Virus record (IMG/VR): IMGVR_UViG_3300048998_000032
Span: 1-35,663 of that record
DNA length: 35,663 nucleotides
Reading direction: 5' to 3' (one strand)
Source of the DNA: a virus
Lineage: Duplodnaviria; Caudoviricetes
The position numbers were made by a program, and so were the translations under genes. The first letter of the stretch is position 1, and every line of letters begins with the position of its first letter. Below the pieces are notes generated by a model. That model searched no databases. It was not told where the DNA came from and was given only the letters and a program-made list of their open reading frames with translations. This document shows, piece after piece, positions 33,782 through 35,663 of this stretch.

Positions 33782-34615
33782 ATGACACAGCAGCGGCTGA
33801 GCTACTCAGCCTTCAAGCAGTATCGTACATGTCCAGAGCAGTACCGTCTAGACAGGGTGGTCGGTCTTGATGACCGACCTGGATGGTACAATGCAGGTGG
33901 TACCGCTGTCCACCACATGACCGAGGACAACGACTGGGCGTCGCTAGGCGCCCCTGTGAAGGAACACGAGGGTTGGACGTACAAGGACTACCTTGAGCTT
34001 GCAGTAGTCGAGGAGGAGAAGTCCTCCGGCTTCCCACGTGCTAGCTTTAAGACAGCAGGCAGGAAGACGAAGGCCCTCCCCAACGGGGAGGATGAGCGGT
34101 GGTGGCTCAACGAAGGACCAAGCATGGTCCGACGCTGGGACGTGTGGCGCGACAAGGTTCCGTTCGACATCTGGGTTACCCCCGATGGCGAGCCAGCCAT
34201 CGAGATCCAGTTTAGCATGGAGCACGGCGATGACGTGCTCACCCCCGGCACCATTGATCGAGTCTTCCAGTCTCGTGAGACTGGTAAGCTCATCGTGGTT
34301 GACCTCAAATCAGGCAAGCCGCCCAAGGAGAACGTTCAGCTAGCCACGTACGCCGAAGCGCTGACTCGCCGGTACTCGGTAGAGTGTAGCATCGGAGGGT
34401 ACTGGATGGCAAGAGATGGGCTCCTCACCGGGATGCACGTCTTGACCCAGGACATGGGTGCTAAGCTTGATTACGAGTTCGACACAGTAGCTAAGGCTAT
34501 CAGAGCGGACATCTTCCCCGCAACACCGTCCGGTCTGTGCAAGAACCACTGCGAGATGGCCCGCTTCTGCTACGCAGGCGGCCAGCTCTCCGACCCCCGA
34601 CACCTTCCGTACTAG
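33782..34615 (+). CDS. Cas4/RecB-like PD-(D/E)XK exonuclease
   Basis: LSYS...Y..CP..Y, GTAVH, IE, GTIDRV, VVDLKSG, QLATY, C-terminal C...C.....C (four-Cys Fe-S staple). Confidence 0.9.
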   Translation: MTQQRLSYSAFKQYRTCPEQYRLDRVVGLDDRPGWYNAGGTAVHHMTEDNDWASLGAPVKEHEGWTYKDYLELAVVEEEKSSGFPRASFKTAGRKTKALPNGEDERWWLNEGPSMVRRWDVWRDKVPFDIWVTPDGEPAIEIQFSMEHGDDVLTPGTIDRVFQSRETGKLIVVDLKSGKPPKENVQLATYAEALTRRYSVECSIGGYWMARDGLLTGMHVLTQDMGAKLDYEFDTVAKAIRADIFPATPSGLCKNHCEMARFCYAGGQLSDPRHLPY

Positions 34616-34622
34616 GAGGAAC

Positions 34623-34955
34623 ATGCCCGAAGTATTCGAGGACGCCCGAGTCGGGGTCCTCATGGATGTGAACAAGCGACTACAGCGCATCGACACCATC
34701 GCACAAGAGAACGGTGGAGTCAAGTACGGCTCCGACTGGGCGGACATCCGACCGGATGATCCGACACAGAACACTCGTCATGCCCAGGCGATCATTGCTA
34801 AATACGGCGATGTCTGGTACGACGTGATCCGTGCTAACCTGATGGTAGCTGCTAGCGCGGAGGACAAGCAGACTCTTGAGTCTGTCGCAATCCAGGTGGC
34901 TGCTCTTGCCACCGCATGGGCTGCTGACATCCGTCAGCGCCCGGTCAATGTCTGA
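34623..34955 (+). CDS. hypothetical helical protein, 110 aa
   Basis: AGGAGG RBS; C-terminal IQVAALATAW resembles MazG-like phage proteins (weak). Confidence 0.75.
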   Translation: MPEVFEDARVGVLMDVNKRLQRIDTIAQENGGVKYGSDWADIRPDDPTQNTRHAQAIIAKYGDVWYDVIRANLMVAASAEDKQTLESVAIQVAALATAWAADIRQRPVNV

Positions 34956-34969
34956 GGAGACTATACCTA

Positions 34970-35371
34970 ATGAGCGAGAACTTCAACCTTCAGGCTTCGT
35001 TCAAGACCCGCAGCGGCACGCTGATCAACCTGCGAGCGGAGTCCGAAGAGGAACTGGGCAACTACCTCGACGCCCTCGGGCGTCTCATCCCTCAAATCGA
35101 CAGCATCGAGAGCCTCATCGGTGCGATGGAGACGGTCTATGCTGTTATGGCTCCGGACAGGGGTGCTGGCGGTGGTAACCGTAGCTATGGTGGCGGTCGG
35201 CCCCAGGCCAGTGCAGCCCCTGCCGACGCTCCTGCCGGTGGTGGACACACCTGCGCTCATGGCGACATGACGTACCGTACCGGCGAAGGTAAGAACGGTC
35301 GGAAGTGGGAAGCCTACTTCTGCCCCGCCCCGAAGGGAGACCCGACTCAGTGCCAGCCCCAGTGGGTGTAA
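34970..35371 (+). CDS. conserved-type actinophage replication-module protein with CxH..C..C motif
   Basis: GAGGAG RBS; CAHGDM....G....W.AYFCP.......QC.P.W. Confidence 0.75.
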   Translation: MSENFNLQASFKTRSGTLINLRAESEEELGNYLDALGRLIPQIDSIESLIGAMETVYAVMAPDRGAGGGNRSYGGGRPQASAAPADAPAGGGHTCAHGDMTYRTGEGKNGRKWEAYFCPAPKGDPTQCQPQWV

Positions 35372-35379
35372 GCTCTGAC

Positions 35380-35565
35380 GTGAGGGTGGTCCGGTTCGAG
35401 TCTGAACCGGGCCGTCCGGCCCTTCACATCGGGTCTGCATGGCTCGTTGTGAATGGCAACCGGTTTGATGTGGTATGTTTTATTGGTGATAGCCACCAGG
35501 CTACCATCTTCTACACCGACACACAAGAGGCGGACGTTGCAGACAGGGACCCGGGCACTAGCTAA
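35380..35565 (+). CDS. small hypothetical protein, ~61 aa
   Basis: 3' part of track ORF 35305-35565; fills the gap; start uncertain. Confidence 0.45.
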   Translation: MRVVRFESEPGRPALHIGSAWLVVNGNRFDVVCFIGDSHQATIFYTDTQEADVADRDPGTS

Positions 35566-35663
35566 AGCCACCCGGTCTGTCCCGCTCCCTGAGGTGGCAC
35601 TGCTCTCTCCGCTGTATGCGGAGGGGGTGGTGCCCCGCCAGGGGCAGCTCATCACAGTCTTCG
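35537..35663 (+). CDS. N-terminus of a probable DnaB-like helicase (truncated by the window end)
   Basis: TTG start after GAGG; MQTGTRALAK...PLP...LYAEGVVPRQGQLITVF, the segment that normally precedes Walker A; the P-loop itself is outside the window. Confidence 0.55.
   Translation, partial: MQTGTRALAKATRSVPLPEVALLSPLYAEGVVPRQGQLITVF

Noticed and set aside
33555-34615. CRISPR array or cas locus near the Cas4-like gene
   Set aside because: No repeat-spacer periodicity seen in the window; solo Cas4/RecB-like nucleases are common in phage replication modules.

Overview
This window is about 35.7 kb of a tailed dsDNA phage genome with high GC and actinobacterial-style promoters and RBSs. It has a podovirus-like (short-tail) layout, with no tape measure, tail tube or integrase seen in the window. 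From left to right: (1) 1-3.5 kb, small leftward genes of unknown function, separated by a repeated promoter/long-hairpin element, plus about 1.1 kb (2170-3240) with no credible gene that is densely structured and carries several sigma70-type promoters; (2) 3.5-4.15 kb, a divergent control region with a perfect CRP-type palindrome and an AT-rich hairpin cluster; (3) 4.16-29.4 kb, a rightward virion/lysis operon: terminase large subunit, portal, candidate ejection proteins (one of 1655 aa, one NlpC/P60), two tRNAs (anticodons CAU and CCA), scaffold, major capsid, fibre proteins (one with a GH26-like glycosidase domain), M15-type endolysin, a low-GC membrane/holin cassette, adaptor, fibre and nozzle-like proteins; (4) 29.4-33.55 kb, a mostly leftward accessory block: SLOG/YspA-like protein, stand-alone peptidoglycan-binding protein (+ strand), three small helical proteins, dCTP deaminase, Rmf-like protein, RNA ligase; (5) from 33.78 kb, the start of a rightward replication module (Cas4/RecB-like nuclease to a truncated DnaB-like helicase). 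The most novel-looking signals are non-coding: a candidate cluster of individually promoted structured RNAs at 2170-3240, a three-copy covarying promoter-embedded switchable hairpin, and a pseudoknotted leader before the scaffold gene. All calls come from reading motifs by eye; no searches or folding programs were run.
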